63,154 bases of DNA, filler included, from Chiloscyllium plagiosum (GCF_004010195.1; 5 parts of one record of this genome joined end to end with filler, not necessarily neighbours in it); one strand, 5' to 3'. Counted from the whole stretch's first letter, positions 49,165 through 62,167 are shown. The notes: generated by a model from the letters alone, not told the origin. Numbers and translations: made by a program.

Positions 49165-50330
49165 GAAATAGGAATAAGCCACTCAGTTCCCCACCATCCT
49201 CTATCCAATAAGATCATGGCTGATCTGGCTACTCCACCTCTGTCTTAAAATATTCAAAGATGCTGCTTCCACTACTTTTTAAGAAACACAGTTCCAAAGA
49301 TTAATGACCCTCTCCGAGAAAGTAATTCTCTTTATTATCTTAAACCCTTTGCTCTCAATTTTCTCTGAGGAGGAAGCATCTTGTCTACATCCACCACATC
49401 AACTTAGGTTTCAATCAACTCACCTCTTGTTCCTCAAAACCCCACCAGAAACAAGCCCATCCCTGTTCAAACTTTCTTCACCCATCCCAGAGATCACTCT
49501 GGTAAACCTTCTCTGAACTGCTGGGACATTTTTTCACTGGAGCATAGGAAGTTGAGAGGTGATCTTACAGAAGTTTATAGAATCATGGGGGGTATACATA
49601 AGGTGAATGGCAAGGGTCTTTTCCCTAGGATTGGGACTTTCAAGACTAGGGCGCATATTTTTAAGGTAAGAGGAGAAAGATTTTAAAAAGACACGAGGGA
49701 CAATGTTTTCAAATAAAGCATGGTTTATGTGTGGAATGAACTTCCGGAGGAATTGATGGATGCGGGTACAGTGGCAACATGTTAAACAGATTTGGATAAG
49801 TACATGAATAAGAAATATTTGGAGGGATATGGGTCAAGTTAAGGCAAATGGGACTAGTTTAGTTTGGGATTATGGTCGACATGGACTGATTGAACCGATG
49901 GGTCTGTTGTGTGCCGATATAATTTCCCCCTCACACAATATCCCCCCCACAATAAGTGATAACATCTTATGAGCTTTCCTAACTACCTGCTAACAGTTTG
50001 CAATTGATGCTGTATGAAACCCAGATTTCTTTGAGTGAAAGGGACTCTGCAATCTCTCATCATTTCAGCAGTATGTCTCTTTTAAATCCTCATTCCAAAG
50101 TAGACAATTTTATATTTTCCACATTTTACACTTTTGGTACATCTTTGCCCATTTATTTACATTCCTTTGTAACCCTGTTATGTCTTCACTGCTTACTTTC
50201 CTTCCTATCTTTTATCATCAGCAAATTTAGTAACCATATCTTCAGTCCCTTCACCCAAAAAAATCATATCAGTTGGAAAAAGGTGAAACTCCAACAATAC
50301 TGCCTGTGGCACCCCACTGAATATCCTTAA
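49165..50330. mobile_element. Nested CR1 fragments (old minus-strand copy with a plus-strand 3' fragment at ~49520-49920)
   Basis: Plus insert FSLEHRKLRGDLTEVYRIM...VWNELP; minus flanks show CR1 3' UTR and SGVPQ-like remnants. Confidence 0.75.
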
Positions 50331-52308
50331 TTAATCTTTTACTCTCCAACTGGAAGTTAATTCTGTCCATCAGAGTATTTTCCAGTAGTGTTCTTACCAC
50401 TGATGGTAGACTAACTTGGTAATGTGATAAACTATCTGAAATGTTCGGTTTCAGGGTATTAATATCCTGAGTAGGAAATTTGCTGATGTTATTCAGGTGG
50501 GTTTAAACTAGCTCAGCAGGGGGATGGGAACCTGAGGTGTAGTTGCAGTGCACAGGAGGATGAGAGTAGGGAGGACAGGGACAGGACTTCAGGGTCATAG
50601 GAATGTGCTGGCAGACAGCAAACTGGTTTGAAGTGTGTCTACTTCAATGCCAGAAGTATCCAAAATAAGGTAGATGAGCTTGCAGCATGGATAGGTACCT
50701 GGGACATCAATGTTGTGGCCATTTCAGAGACATGGATAGAGCAGGGTGAGGAACGGATGTTGCAGGTTCCAGGGTTTAGGTCTTTCATTAAGAACAGGCA
50801 AGGCTGCAAAAGAGGGGAGGTGTGGCCTTGTTAGTCAAGGATAGTATAATGGTAGCTGAAAGAGATTTTGTCGAGGACCCGTCCACTGAGGTCGTGTGGG
50901 CTAAGGTTAGATCCAGGAGAGGAGAGGTCACACTGCTTGGAGTTTTTTATAGACCTCCACAGAGTTTCAGGGAGGTGGAAGAGAGAATTGGCAAAATTAT
51001 TCTGGGTAGAAGTGAAAGGAATGGGTGGTCATTATGGGGGGACTTTAACTTCCCCAATATTGACTGGAAATGCTATAACTCTAGTACGTCGGATGGATCA
51101 GTTTTTGTCCAATGTGTACAGGAGGGTTTCCTGACACAGTATGTCGAAGGGCCAACAAGAGGGGAGGCCACACTGGATCTGGTGCTTGGTAATGAACCAG
51201 CCAGGTGTTTGATTTTGTTGTAGATGAGCACTTTGGAGAGAGTGACCATAATTCAGTTATGTTTAGTTTAGCGATGGAAACGGATAGGTACGTGCTACAG
51301 GTCAAGAGTTATTGATGGGGCAAAGGCAATTATAATGTGATTAGGCAAAAATGAGGATGCATAGAACAGGGTAGCAAAATGCAGGGGATGCAGACAATGG
51401 AAATGTGGAGCTGGTTTAAGGAACAGATATTGCATGTCCTTGATAGTATGTCCCTATCAGGCAGAGAGGAAGTCATAAGGTAAGGGAACCGTGGTTTACT
51501 ACAGAAATTGCACCTTTTGTTAAGCAGAAGAAGGAGGCTTATGTGTTGATGAGGCAAGATGGTTCAGATGAGGCGATGGAGAGTACAGATCAGCTAGGAA
51601 GGATTTACAGAGAGAGTTAAGAAGTGCAAAGAGAGGACACGAGTCGTTTTTAGCAAATAGAATTAAGGAGAACCCTAAAGCTTTCTATAGGTATGTGAGG
51701 AATAAAAGGATGACTAGGATAGGAATAGGGCCAGTCAAAGACAGAAATGGGAAGTTGAGTAAGGACCCTGTGGAGTCGGAGAGGTGCTTAAATGAACATT
51801 TCTCATTGGTTTTCACTTAGAAAAAGGAAAATATTGTAGAGGAGAAGAATGAGGTATTAGACTAGAAAGGATCGATGTTACTTACGAACAGGTGTTATCA
51901 ATTCTAGAAGGAGTGAAAGTAGACAAGTCCCCTGGGCCAGATGGGATTTATCCAAGGATTCTCTGGGAAGCTAGGGAAGAGATAGCAGGGCCTTTGGCTT
52001 TGATATTTGAGTCGTCATTGTCTACAGGTTTAGTACCAGAGGACTGGAGGATTGCAAACGTTGTGCCCTTGTTCAAGAAGGGCAGTAGAGATGGCCCAGG
52101 TAATTATAAACCAGTGAGCCTTACCTCTGTTGTAGGAAAGGTTTTGGAAAGGATTATAAGAGATAAGATTTATAATCATCTAGCAAGCAACAATTTGATT
52201 TCAGTTAGTCAACATGGTTTCATCAAGGACAGGTCGTGTCTCACAAACCTCATTGAGTTTTTTGAGAAGATGACCAAGCATCTTTTTTGAGAAGATGACC
52301 AAGCATCT

Positions 52309-52531
52309 TGGGCGGCACGGTGGCACAGTGGTTAGCACTGCTGCCTCACANNNNNNNNNNNNNNNNNNNNNNNNNNNNNNNNNNNNNNNNNNNNNNNNNN
52401 NNNNNNNNNNNNNNNNNNNNNNNNNNNNNNNNNNNNNNNNNNNNNNNNNNNNNNNNNNNNNNNNNNNNNGTGTGGACTTGTTGGGCCGAAGGGCCTGTTT
52501 CCACACTGTAAGTAATCTAATCTAATCTAAT
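52309..52531 (+). mobile_element. HE1-type V-SINE (mostly gap)
   Basis: Head and (TCTAA)n tail visible on either side of the Ns. Confidence 0.85.
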
Positions 52532-52611
52532 CATGTAGATGAGGGTAGGGCAGTTGACATGGTATACATGGACTTCAGTAAAGCCTTTGATAAGGTTCCA
52601 TATGGTAGGCT

Positions 52612-52690
52612 GGAAGGGCCCGAAACGTCGATTCTCCTGCTCATTGGATGCTGCCTGACCTGTTGCGCTTTTCCAGCAACACATTTTCCA
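52612..52690 (+). mobile_element. Short Penelope-derived insert (family A, hammerhead truncated)
   Basis: GAAGGGCCCGAAACGTCGATTCTCCTGCTC...CAGCAACACATTTT inside the CR1 RT; GCTG on both sides. Confidence 0.75.
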
Positions 52691-54117
52691 GCTGTTGGAG
52701 AAAATGCAGAGGCATGGAATTGAGGGTGATTTAGCAGTTTGGATTAAAAACTGGCTTTCTGAAAGAAGGCAGTGAGTGGTCGTTGATGGAAAATATTCAG
52801 CCTGGAGTCTGAAGAACTAGTGGTGTACCACAAGGATCTGTTTTGGGACCACTGCTGTTTGTCCTTTTTATAAATGACTTAGACGCAGGCATAGGTGGAT
52901 GGATTAGTAAATTTGCAGCTGACACGTCAGTGGAGTAGTGGACAGTGTGGAAGAATGTTACAGGTTGCAGGGGAACTTGGATAAACTGCAGTGTTGGACT
53001 GAGAGGTAGCAAATGGAGTTCAATGCAGCTAAATGTGAGGTGATTCACTTTAGGAAGAATAACAGGAAGGCAGAATACTGGGTCAATGGAAAAATTCTTG
53101 GTAGTGTGGATGTGCAGAGGGATCTTGGAATCCACGTACGTAGATCCCTGAAAGTTGCCACCCAGGTCGATAGCGCTGTCAAGAAGGCATACGGTGTGTT
53201 AGGTTTCATGCGTAGAGGAACTGAGTTCGGGAGCTGCAATACCATGCTGCAACTATACAAAACACTGGTGCGGCCACAATTGGAATATTGTGTACAGTTC
53301 TGGTCGCCATATTTCGGGAAGGATGTGGGAGCATTGGAAAAGGTACAGAGGAGATATACCAGGATGTTGCCTGGTCTGGAGGCAAGCTCTTATGAGGAAA
53401 GGCTGAGAGACTTGGGTCGGTTCTCATTGGAAAGAAGAAGGCTAAGAGGGGATTTGACAGAGACATACAAGATGATCAGAGGGTAGACAGTGAAAGTCTT
53501 TTTCCTAGGATGATGACATCAGCTTATATGAGGGAGCATAACTACAAATTGAGGGGTGATAGATTTAAGACAGATGTCAGAGGCAGGCTCTTTACTCAGA
53601 GAGTGATAAAGGCGTGGAATGCCCTACCTGCTAATGTAGTCAACTCAGCCACATTATGGAGATTTAAACAATCCTTGGATAAGCACACAGATGATGATGG
53701 GATGGTGTAAGGGGACGAGCTGCGAAAAGTTCACAGGTTGGCGCAACATCGAGGGCCGAAGGGCCTGTTCTGTTCAACTTTTTGTATGCAATCACAAACA
53801 TCTTTGACCATTGTCTGAAGTTGGCTATCCATTCCACAGTCACACATTGGGACTTTACATTATTACATTAGTGAAAATAAACTATTGACTAGGTTTTGCT
53901 TGAGGTGATTCTTTAACATTCAACCTAAGATGGTGGATTTGACTGAGCCTGTAGAACAGTTAGTCTTGCTGAATGGCTGTGCTTCTCTTTCACCAGATGT
54001 CTCCCATTGCAGCATTATTTGGGCATCATGAGCAAGTCTAGTCAGTTCCAATCAACAGCTTTAAGATTTTTAGTGTTCAAAACTTGAAGCCCAGTCAACA
54101 TGAATAAATAATTATAA

Positions 54118-54250
54118 ATAAAATAAAGAATTGCAAATATTGGAAATCTGGAACTGAAACAGAAATTGCTGGAAAATCTCAGCAGATCTGGCAGCATCTG
54201 TGCAGAGAAAGCAGAGTTAATGTTTCAGTCCAGTGACCCTTCATCAGAAC
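54118..54250 (-). mobile_element. Penelope-derived insert with hammerhead head (family B)
   Basis: Minus strand GTT-CTGATGA-AGGGTC-ACTG-GACT-GAAAC-ATT-AAC... Confidence 0.7.
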
Positions 54251-54349
54251 CACCGAACTATAAGCATATTTAGTCCCTCTTTATGTTGCAAGAAAATTAA
54301 AGTGGAAAACCTTTCACTGTAAAATACTGTAAATGTTTCTCAGAAGTGA

Positions 54350-54543
54350 GAAGTCATATGACACCAGGTTGTAGTCCAACAGGTTTATTTGTAAATACAA
54401 GCTTTTGAAGGACTTCACTGATGGAGGAGCAGTGCTCTGAAAGCTTGTGATTTCAAATAAACCTGTTGGACTACAACCCTACGTATTGTGTGATTTCTGA
54501 CTTTGTCTACCACAGTCCAACACCAGCACCCCCACATCATGAC
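54350..54543. mobile_element. Palindromic Penelope-derived insert (family C)
   Basis: 13-bp TSD TTCTCAGAAGTGA (54337-54349 / 54544-54556). Arms GGTTGTAGTCCAACAGGTTTATTTG / CAAATAAACCTGTTGGACTACAACC. Core CTGATG(G)AGGAGC-AGT-GCTCT-GAAAGCTT. Confidence 0.78.
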
Positions 54544-57099
54544 TTCTCAGAAGTGAATTTATAAATGTATAATTCTGGTTAATCCCTTGACAAAATGCGT
54601 CATGTCAGTACAATGCAGCTTATATTTGCCAGGAGCATCTTGATCACCAAACTTTCCCTCCTGCTGTGTTCTAATAGTTTCTACTCGAACAAAATCAAAT
54701 TTAGCATCAATAGTAACACTTGCATTTATATAGATTGTTTTTAAATAAGAAAAAAAAGTCTCACACATTCCACAGAAATATCATCAGACAGAAACCAATG
54801 ATGCGCTTAAAAAGGAAGGTTATCAAAGAGGTATATATTAAGGAATGTCTTAAAAACCTGAGATTGACAGGTTTGCACAGTGTTTACTGATTATGGTGCC
54901 AGATGGTTGAATGCACAGTCACCCATGATGGAATGAGAGGAAGAAGAAATACACAATAAATTGGACAGGAAGGTCATGTTCACAGAAAATTGTAGGACAG
55001 GAAAAGGTACAGAGATGAAGAAAAGTCAAGGAACTTGAGGATGACAATTTTAAGCTTGAAGCATTGAAGATCTCTTCACTTATGTCTAATTTCCCCCTAT
55101 TTTAAAAACAAAAGGCTAACAAGAGTTCCACTGCTAGCCAAAGGAACAAAATCCCATGATGTGCCATTAAGCTTATGAGGAACTGTCTTACATATAATCT
55201 TGCCAATTGCTTAGCTCCTCAGCCTAAACAGCATCAATGCCTGCAATATGAATAATTTCATCTTAGCTAATAGCAGTTCTATTTTTGCTTCTAAAAAGAA
55301 GTTTATCTACACATCCGTTGTGGAACACTGGGAACACTGGAACACCGTGACACTGTTTTCAGAAATAAAAACTGATATAAAGAATCTGCTACATCAGTCA
55401 TATCTTTACCTTAAGTCAAAATCTCCCCTGATAAATCCCACCGCCGTCCTAGATTATTTCTGGTTTCTAATATGACTGAAAGAACTCTTATCATTACTAC
55501 TGCAATTGTACATTTTTTTCTAATGTCCTGTTTTATAGACTAATGCTGGTTTCAGTTACCCTCAGATGTTTTTTACTTTTACATCTGCTTTCTTGATAAT
55601 TGATCGTTTTATAAATAATGAACTGTTCAAGCTTAATTTTTCTATGACCATGCTGCTTAGCAATTTAAGATGTTACTTTCCCTTGCACTTGCCTGTCTTT
55701 TATTTCATGGGTATACCATGCTTCTATGCCCTCAAGCATTGACTCAAAATAAATCCATTTTACTACTGCATCACCGTTATAACCCAATAGCATACCCCAG
55801 CTCACAACTACTGTACAGTCCTCACACAGAGCTCTGAGAATGTTTGAAATTGATTGCTGCACTCTCCTGTCAGTTTTATCTTTCCTTGGCCATTAAATAA
55901 TGGTATAGGAGATTCTCAATGGGCTCTCTGATGGTCTGCTCTCCTGAAAACATAGTCAGGCTATAGGAATGTTTAGTCTTTGCAAGGTCACTTTGTGCGT
56001 TTTTTACTCGCCACCTTTTCTGTTTAACACATTGTTTCTGCAATTTCCTACTGTTTGCTGGAGCATAAAACAAGAAGTATTTTTGCTGTCATTATATTAT
56101 ACAATAATATTATGCTGGAGGTTATAACATGGAACCCTTGTTGTGCATATTGAGCACATAGCAGTTCTGTCACACTCATTCCCCTGTCATTATGGAAAGT
56201 AGAGCATTGTTATAAGCCAGCAAACTGATTCATCTTACACAAAAGACATGAAAGAACTGAGTAGAGTTTCTACAGAAACAAGCATCAATTTCCTGAAACA
56301 TAAAATTTAAACAACAAATTATGTCCCAGCAGAAATTCACTTCTTGAGTGGGTTAATCTTGAAATAAGTGGCCAAGCATCCTCTGTTACAGGCTGTATCT
56401 GTCTGTACAATAGGCTTGGATCTCCTGTGTCTCTGACTACAAAGGTTCATTTCCCTCTTGTCTGAAAATATATGTAGCTACAATGCTTTTTACTAGTTTA
56501 ATTTACCCACAACTGGTCTTCTAACTACTTCAAATGAAAATGAAGAAGTCCATGATAATGTTTAGGTAAAAATGCAATCATTTGTTGTTTGACCTTGGCA
56601 AAGTTTCCCATAATTTCTAGCCAAAATTAGCATGCAACAGGAAAGAATCTCATGGAGATCCCATCATACATTGGGAAACTCATTAAGTTAAATCACATTA
56701 GTTCAAAGATTACTGGCTTTGAATATTAAATCAGAAATAACATGAGATATCCCTGAAAATCCTTCCATAAGCTCAATTAATTTTATAGTGATATCTTTGA
56801 ATAAATTAAAGTAAAATCCTTCATAATGCAGGCATATATAAGTTCAATTACGGCATGAAACACCTACCTTGTTGGACTGGTACTAAGGCACAGAGTTTTC
56901 CTTGACGCACATCTCACCAACAATTTGGAGGTCCATGTCCTTCTGACAAAGAAGGTGACATATTGGTTTGTCTAGTTATTCTTAATGGATATCTCTTGTC
57001 CATGAGAAACAGAACAAACAGACCTTTTCAGTTTTAGGATTGAAAATGAAGAGCAGCCAAGTAACCAATATGCTTTGCACTTCATATTAGCACTTGAGG

Positions 57100-57320
57100 T
57101 GGCATGGGACCCAAGTTCAATTCCACCCTTGAGTGACTGTGGAGTTTGCACATTCTCCCTGTGCTTCCGTGGGTTTCCTCCTGGCGCTCTGCTTTCCTCC
57201 AACAGTCCAAATATGTACAGGTTAGATGGATTGACCATGTTAAATTGCCCATAGTGTCCAGGGTTATGCAGGTTCGGTGGATTATCCATGGGAAATGCTG
57301 GCTTACAGGGTAAAAACAAG
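57100..57320 (+). mobile_element. Diverged V-SINE fragment, followed by a short Penelope fragment (~57325-57390)
   Basis: GTGGAGTTTGCACATTCTCCC...GGGTTTCCTCC V-domain. Confidence 0.75.
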
Positions 57321-58099
57321 GACTGGAGATGCTGGAAACCAGATTCTAGATGAGAGTAGTGCTGGAAAAGCATCCCTTCACATCCCTTCAGACAACCCTG
57401 TGATCCTTGTCTGTGAAAAGAAACATAAATGATGTGAAGGAAATCTGCTGAGGTGACCAGATTGAGAAAAGATTCAGGAAACTGCAGCAATTAGAATCTC
57501 TGCCCTGTAGGCCTGATAATAGATTTTCTCTGTTTAAGTTAAATAAAATGTGGAGCAGCAAAGTGTCTTCATTATTTTGTATTATCACACAAAAATACTT
57601 TTTCTTGATTGGTTTTTCTTATTGTAATCTCAAGTGTTATACAGCATGTTCAATAGATGCAAAATAAACAATTTTAGTAATTCATACAAGCCTCAAATCA
57701 CAGGTGCTGCTCTGTCCAACTTGATAAAAATGAAGAAAATGCCTTTGAAATGCAAATGTGCTTTCAGATGCTACTATTGTCACATTTTGGGAATTTCATG
57801 GCATATATTTAGAGCCATTCATTACGAAATCAAAATGTTAAGAATGTTTTCAAGCATTACAGATGCTGCTGAACACACAAATGTATTTTTAGTAGACGTG
57901 AAGTTGCAACATAATTCTTTGAAAAAGAAAATCTTCCAAATCACATTCTTTAATAAGTAAAACATTTTATTTCTAATCACAGACTTACAAAGGTTTAAAG
58001 CTAGATGAAAGAAGTCAAATTTTGTTAAAGATTCTCGTCTGCACTCGTCATGACAACTTATAAGAATACCAACAATCTGTCCTGGTCCACCCATGTTGC

Positions 58100-58676
58100 A
58101 ATTACAGTCAAGAAAGCACAGGACACCCGTACCTCCTCAGGAGGCTAAGGAAATTTGACATATCCATAAAGACTTGTGCAATTTTTTACAGATGCATCAT
58201 AGAAAGCGATCCATCTGGATGCATCATGTCTTGGTATGGCAACTGCTCTTCCCAAAACTGAAAGAAACTGCAGAGAGTTGTGAACATAGCCCAGTGCATA
58301 CAAACCAGCCTTCCATCCATTGATTTCATCTATACCTGCCGTTGCATCAGAAAAACAAACTATACACTCAAAGTCTGCTTCCACTCCGGTTAGACACTCT
58401 TCCACCCTCTTCCATCAAGCAGAAAATAAAAAAGTTTGTGTACACATACAAATACATTCAAGAACAGCTTCTTCCCTGCTGTAACCAGACTTCTGAATGG
58501 GCCTCTTTAATGTTAATGTTGATGTCTGTCTGCACCTTCTCTGCAGCTGGAACATTGTATCCTGTACTCTGTTCGGTTATCCCAATGCACTTGTAAGTAC
58601 AATCTGCCTGAAAAACACATTAGACAACTGTTTTCACTGTACCTCGGTACATGTGGCAATAATAAATCAAATCAAC
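58100..58676 (+). mobile_element. Rex1/Babar-clade LINE 3' fragment
   Basis: VKKAQ..YLLRRLRKFDISIKTCAIFYRCIIES..SGCIMSWYGNCSSQN*KKLQRVVNIA; AATAAATCAAATCAA tail. Confidence 0.82.
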
Positions 58677-59191
58677 TTTGAATGAAGCTATAACAGAATA
58701 AGTTTGGAATCAGTCAAATTTTCCAAGGAGTGACAATCACTGTCAGATTGCTGCCTCACTAATATTTCTGTCTCCAAGACTCGACTCCACATATCTATGC
58801 TTGATTTCTCATTCTAGCCTCTTCAGAAACATGAAGCATATCTGAAATCGGAGTTGTTACTCATAATGTCTGATCATCAGGAAAACCAGCCACATTTCTA
58901 GTTTACAGTACTAGATGCTGCAATGTGGGAAGTTTTCTTTCACTAATGTATTAAACATCTTTAGAACATTTATATATCTTTCCAGTGTGTTTGGAAATGA
59001 ATGTGGGGAAGCGAATGATTGAACGGGAGAATGAATGGGTCTGTAGATGAGTAGGGTAAATGAAGAAAATGGGTAAGGGGGTATGGTGACAGGGTGACAG
59101 CTGGATAGTTCAGGTGCTTGGGTCCAGGCAGGTCAGGGGGGAGTCAGCAGTGAGGGGTTAGGTGTTAGAGAGCTGGTTGGGCTGATGTAGG

Positions 59192-59263
59192 GTGATGGTG
59201 GTGTGGTGGCGAGCATAGCTGCCTTCAAAGCAGTTAACCTGGGTTCAATTCCTGGCTATCACA
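59192..59263 (+). tRNA. tRNA-Gly(TCC)-derived sequence with anticodon changed to TCA; probably a pseudogene or LINE head
   Basis: 72 nt: GTGATGG TG GTGT GGTGGCGA GCAT A GCTGC CTTCAAA GCAGT TAAC CTGGG TTCAATT CCTGG CTATCAC A. Collinear with vertebrate tRNA-Gly-TCC; weakened T-stem; no nearby oligo-T terminator. Confidence 0.8.
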
Positions 59264-60469
59264 GTGTTGTGGTTTGTAAACAGCCTTCTAAATGAAACAT
59301 ACTAGAATAAATCTTTCTTTTAAAGAGAGGATTCTGGGTAATCCAAGATGGAGGAAGGGAAAATTTTCTGGCTGAAAGAGCTGCTCCTTTTTTTGAGGTA
59401 TTTTAGGTGTCGGTGGTGATTTCCTCAAATTCCAGGAACAGCAATTACTGTTTTATATGTTGTTGTATTGTTTTGGAACTTTGAAAAAAAAGTCAAAACA
59501 ACAGCAGTTTAAAAGGGAGAAGAGATTGTGAAGGGTCAAAAATGGCCTTTGCAGTGATATGTACTTCTTGTCAGATATGGGAGTTGAAAGAGAGTTTAAG
59601 AGTTACTGCGGATTATATCTGCCATAAATGCTATTGGATGCGAATCTTATCAGATTGAGTGGATCGGTTGGAGAGACAGATAGAAGCGATGAGGAATTTG
59701 CAACAGCAACAGTATGTGATGAATGGCAGTTATAGGAATGGGGGAAGTCTCAGATACAGTCAAATAGATGGGTTAACTCCAGGAAGGGTGAGAGAGGTCG
59801 GTACCTAGGGCAGGAGTCTTTTGTGGATATACCCATTTCAAACAGGTATGCTGTTTTGGAAAATGTAGGGGGTGATGGATTCTCAGGGGAACATAGCATG
59901 AACAGCCAAGTTTCTGGTATTGAGACTGGCTCTAATGTAACGAGGGGTACGTTGGCTTCCAAGAGATCAATTGTGTTAGGGAATTCTGTAGTCAGAGGTA
60001 CAGACAGACGTTTCTGTGGCCAGCAGAGAAAAAGCAGAATGGTGTGTTGTTTCCCTGGTGCTAGGATCAAGGATGTCTCAGAGAGGGTGCAGAATGTTCT
60101 CACGGGGGAGAGGGGCCAGCAGGAGGTCATTGTCCACATTGGAACCAATGACATTGGAAGGGAAAAGGTTGAGATTCTGAAGGGAGATAGGCAGAAATTT
60201 AAAAAGGATGTCCTCAAGGGTAGTAATATCTGGATTACTCCCAGTGTTACAAGCTAGTGAGGGCAGGAATACGAGGATCAAGCAGATGAATGCATGGCTG
60301 AGGAGCTGGTGTATGGGAGAAGGATTCACATTTTTGAATCATTGGAATCTCTTTTGGGGTAGAAGAGATTTGTACAAGAAGGACGGATTGCACCTAAATT
60401 GGAAGGGGACTAATATACTGGCAGGGAAATTTGCTAGAACTGCTTGGGAGGATTTAAACGAGTAAGGTG
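59264..60469 (+). mobile_element. CR1 5' UTR plus ORF1 (zinc finger, coiled coil, SGNH esterase), cut by a gap
   Basis: ATG at 59542: MAFAVICTSCQIW...YICHKC...VDRLERQI; SIVLGNS(GDS)..CFPGA..VHIGTND..DGLHLN; YY1-like CAAGATGG near 59344. Confidence 0.92.
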
Positions 60470-60569
60470 NNNNNNNNNNNNNNNNNNNNNNNNNNNNNNN
60501 NNNNNNNNNNNNNTTAATTAATTAANNNNNNNNNNNNNNNNNNNNNNNNNNNNNNNNNNNNNNNNNNNN

Positions 60570-61146
60570 CATGTTGCGGCTGTACAGGACATTGGTTAGG
60601 CCACTGTTGGAATATTGCGTACAATTCTGGTCTCCTTCCTATTGGAAAGATGTTGTGAAACTTGAAAGGGTTCAGAAAATATTTACAATGATGTTGCCAG
60701 GGTTGGAGGATCTGAGCTACAGGGAGAGGCTGAACAGGCTGGGGCTGTTTTCCCTGGACCGTTGGAGGCTGAGGGGTGACCTTACAGAGGTTTACAAAAT
60801 TATGAGGGGCATGGTTACGATAGATAGACAATGTCTTTTCCCTGTGGTAGGGGAGTCCAGAACTAGAGGGCATAGGTTTAGGGTGAGAGGGGAAAGAAAC
60901 CTAAGGGGCAACTTTTTCATGCAGAGGGTGGTACGTGTATGGAATGAGCTGCCAGAGGATGTGGTGGAGGCTGGTACAATTGCAACATTTAAGAGGCATT
61001 TGGATGGGTATATGAATAGGAAGGGTTTGGAGGGATATTGGCCAGGTGCTGGCAGGTGGGACTAGATTGGGTTGGGATATCTGGTCGGCATGGACGGATT
61101 GGACCGAAGGGTCTGTTTCCATGCTGTACATCTCTATGACTCTATG
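60570..61146 (+). mobile_element. CR1 3' part, followed by a minus-strand SacSINE head (~61147-61225)
   Basis: LVRPLLEYCVQFWSP...VWNELP...; (CTATGACT)n tail. Confidence 0.95.
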
Positions 61147-62167
61147 AATCTAGGTCCCCAGAGCATTACTTAGGTCTCTGGATTTATAGCCCAGTGATAA
61201 TACCACTGGGCTATCACGTCTCCCCTGCAGTGACTAGAGCAGTAACCTAGTTGATATTCCAACATGGTACTAATAGCATACTGCATTGTGCATCACTTGG
61301 CCATTATTAAGTTCTTTTTTTTGGATTTTGGTGTGTACAGGTTAGTTGCCATATTTTCTACATTATAAAAGTGCCTGACTTCAAATATATTTCAATGGTG
61401 GTCAAGTGCCTTGAGATAATATAAGGTTGTGACTCGTGTTATACAAATGCAAGTTTCTCTTTTTAACAAGAAATAATGTCAGCGTTGGACTCAATTTCAG
61501 TCTTTCCAATGGCACTGTAGAACCAGCTTCAGGCAGTCAAGTTATAGTTTTAATCATACAGTTCAGCTTCTGTAGTCACCTATGTACTGCAAATTGTTCC
61601 AAGTCTGCCTGAAGTATTTTAAAAGGTGGAACTTTTGAGAAAGAGACTAAAATTCTTGACTAAATTTCAAAATGTTGTTAGTATTGAACTTCATTTGTAC
61701 TCATCAGCATGCTCTCAAGAATGAGCCTTGACCACTGAAATTCCATTGATGGGCACAATCTAGTTAGGCAAAATCAAGAAAGTATGTTCATTTTTCTGTA
61801 TTTGTGATTAAGTGCTGACATGGGTAAAGAACAGTTTTTAAAAAATAGGGATTTCTGAAAGATTGCTGCATGTTTTGAAAGCAAGAAAGCCTGGCCCTCA
61901 TTGTAAGTACTGTTTACACAGCTGTCTGTTCAAGCAGTGATTGAAGTTTGCAGATGAGCTGAAGACAAGGGGGTGTACAAAATGGAGGTTCACCTGGCAA
62001 CAAGTAACTGATTGTCTGTAGACTAGTGACTGGTTATAGATGACAAAGGCCTGCTGCCTGCCAATCATGAAGCTGTAAGTTCCAATTAGAACTGAGGGAT
62101 AGTTTACAAGTGAAGCTGATTGTCTTGTCAACTATCACTGAGAAAAGTCCTCTACCTGCCAACAACA

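Larger units (their letters stand above)
50450..53775 (+). mobile_element. Near-complete CR1 ORF2 (ORF1 end, APE, RT, 3' UTR), inactivated
   Basis: KCVYFNARSIQNKVDEL...ISETW...YRPP...GDFNFP...LDLVL...SDH; DKSPGPDG...NYKPVSLT...DFSKAFD...[11 protein letters not shown]. Confidence 0.96.

Noticed and set aside
52258..52309. 26-bp tandem duplication before the HE1 SINE
   Set aside because: Small local duplication at an insertion next to a gap; it may be an insertion by-product or an assembly effect, with no further signal.
59192..59263. Selenocysteine tRNA (anticodon TCA)
   Set aside because: Only 72 nt, with no long variable arm or extended acceptor stem; the body is tRNA-Gly-like.
59192..61146. 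Treating both sides of the 60470-60569 gap as one full-length CR1
   Set aside because: No convincing TSD. The 3' piece is followed by a SINE head whose remainder is not found upstream of the tRNA, so these are probably two elements.
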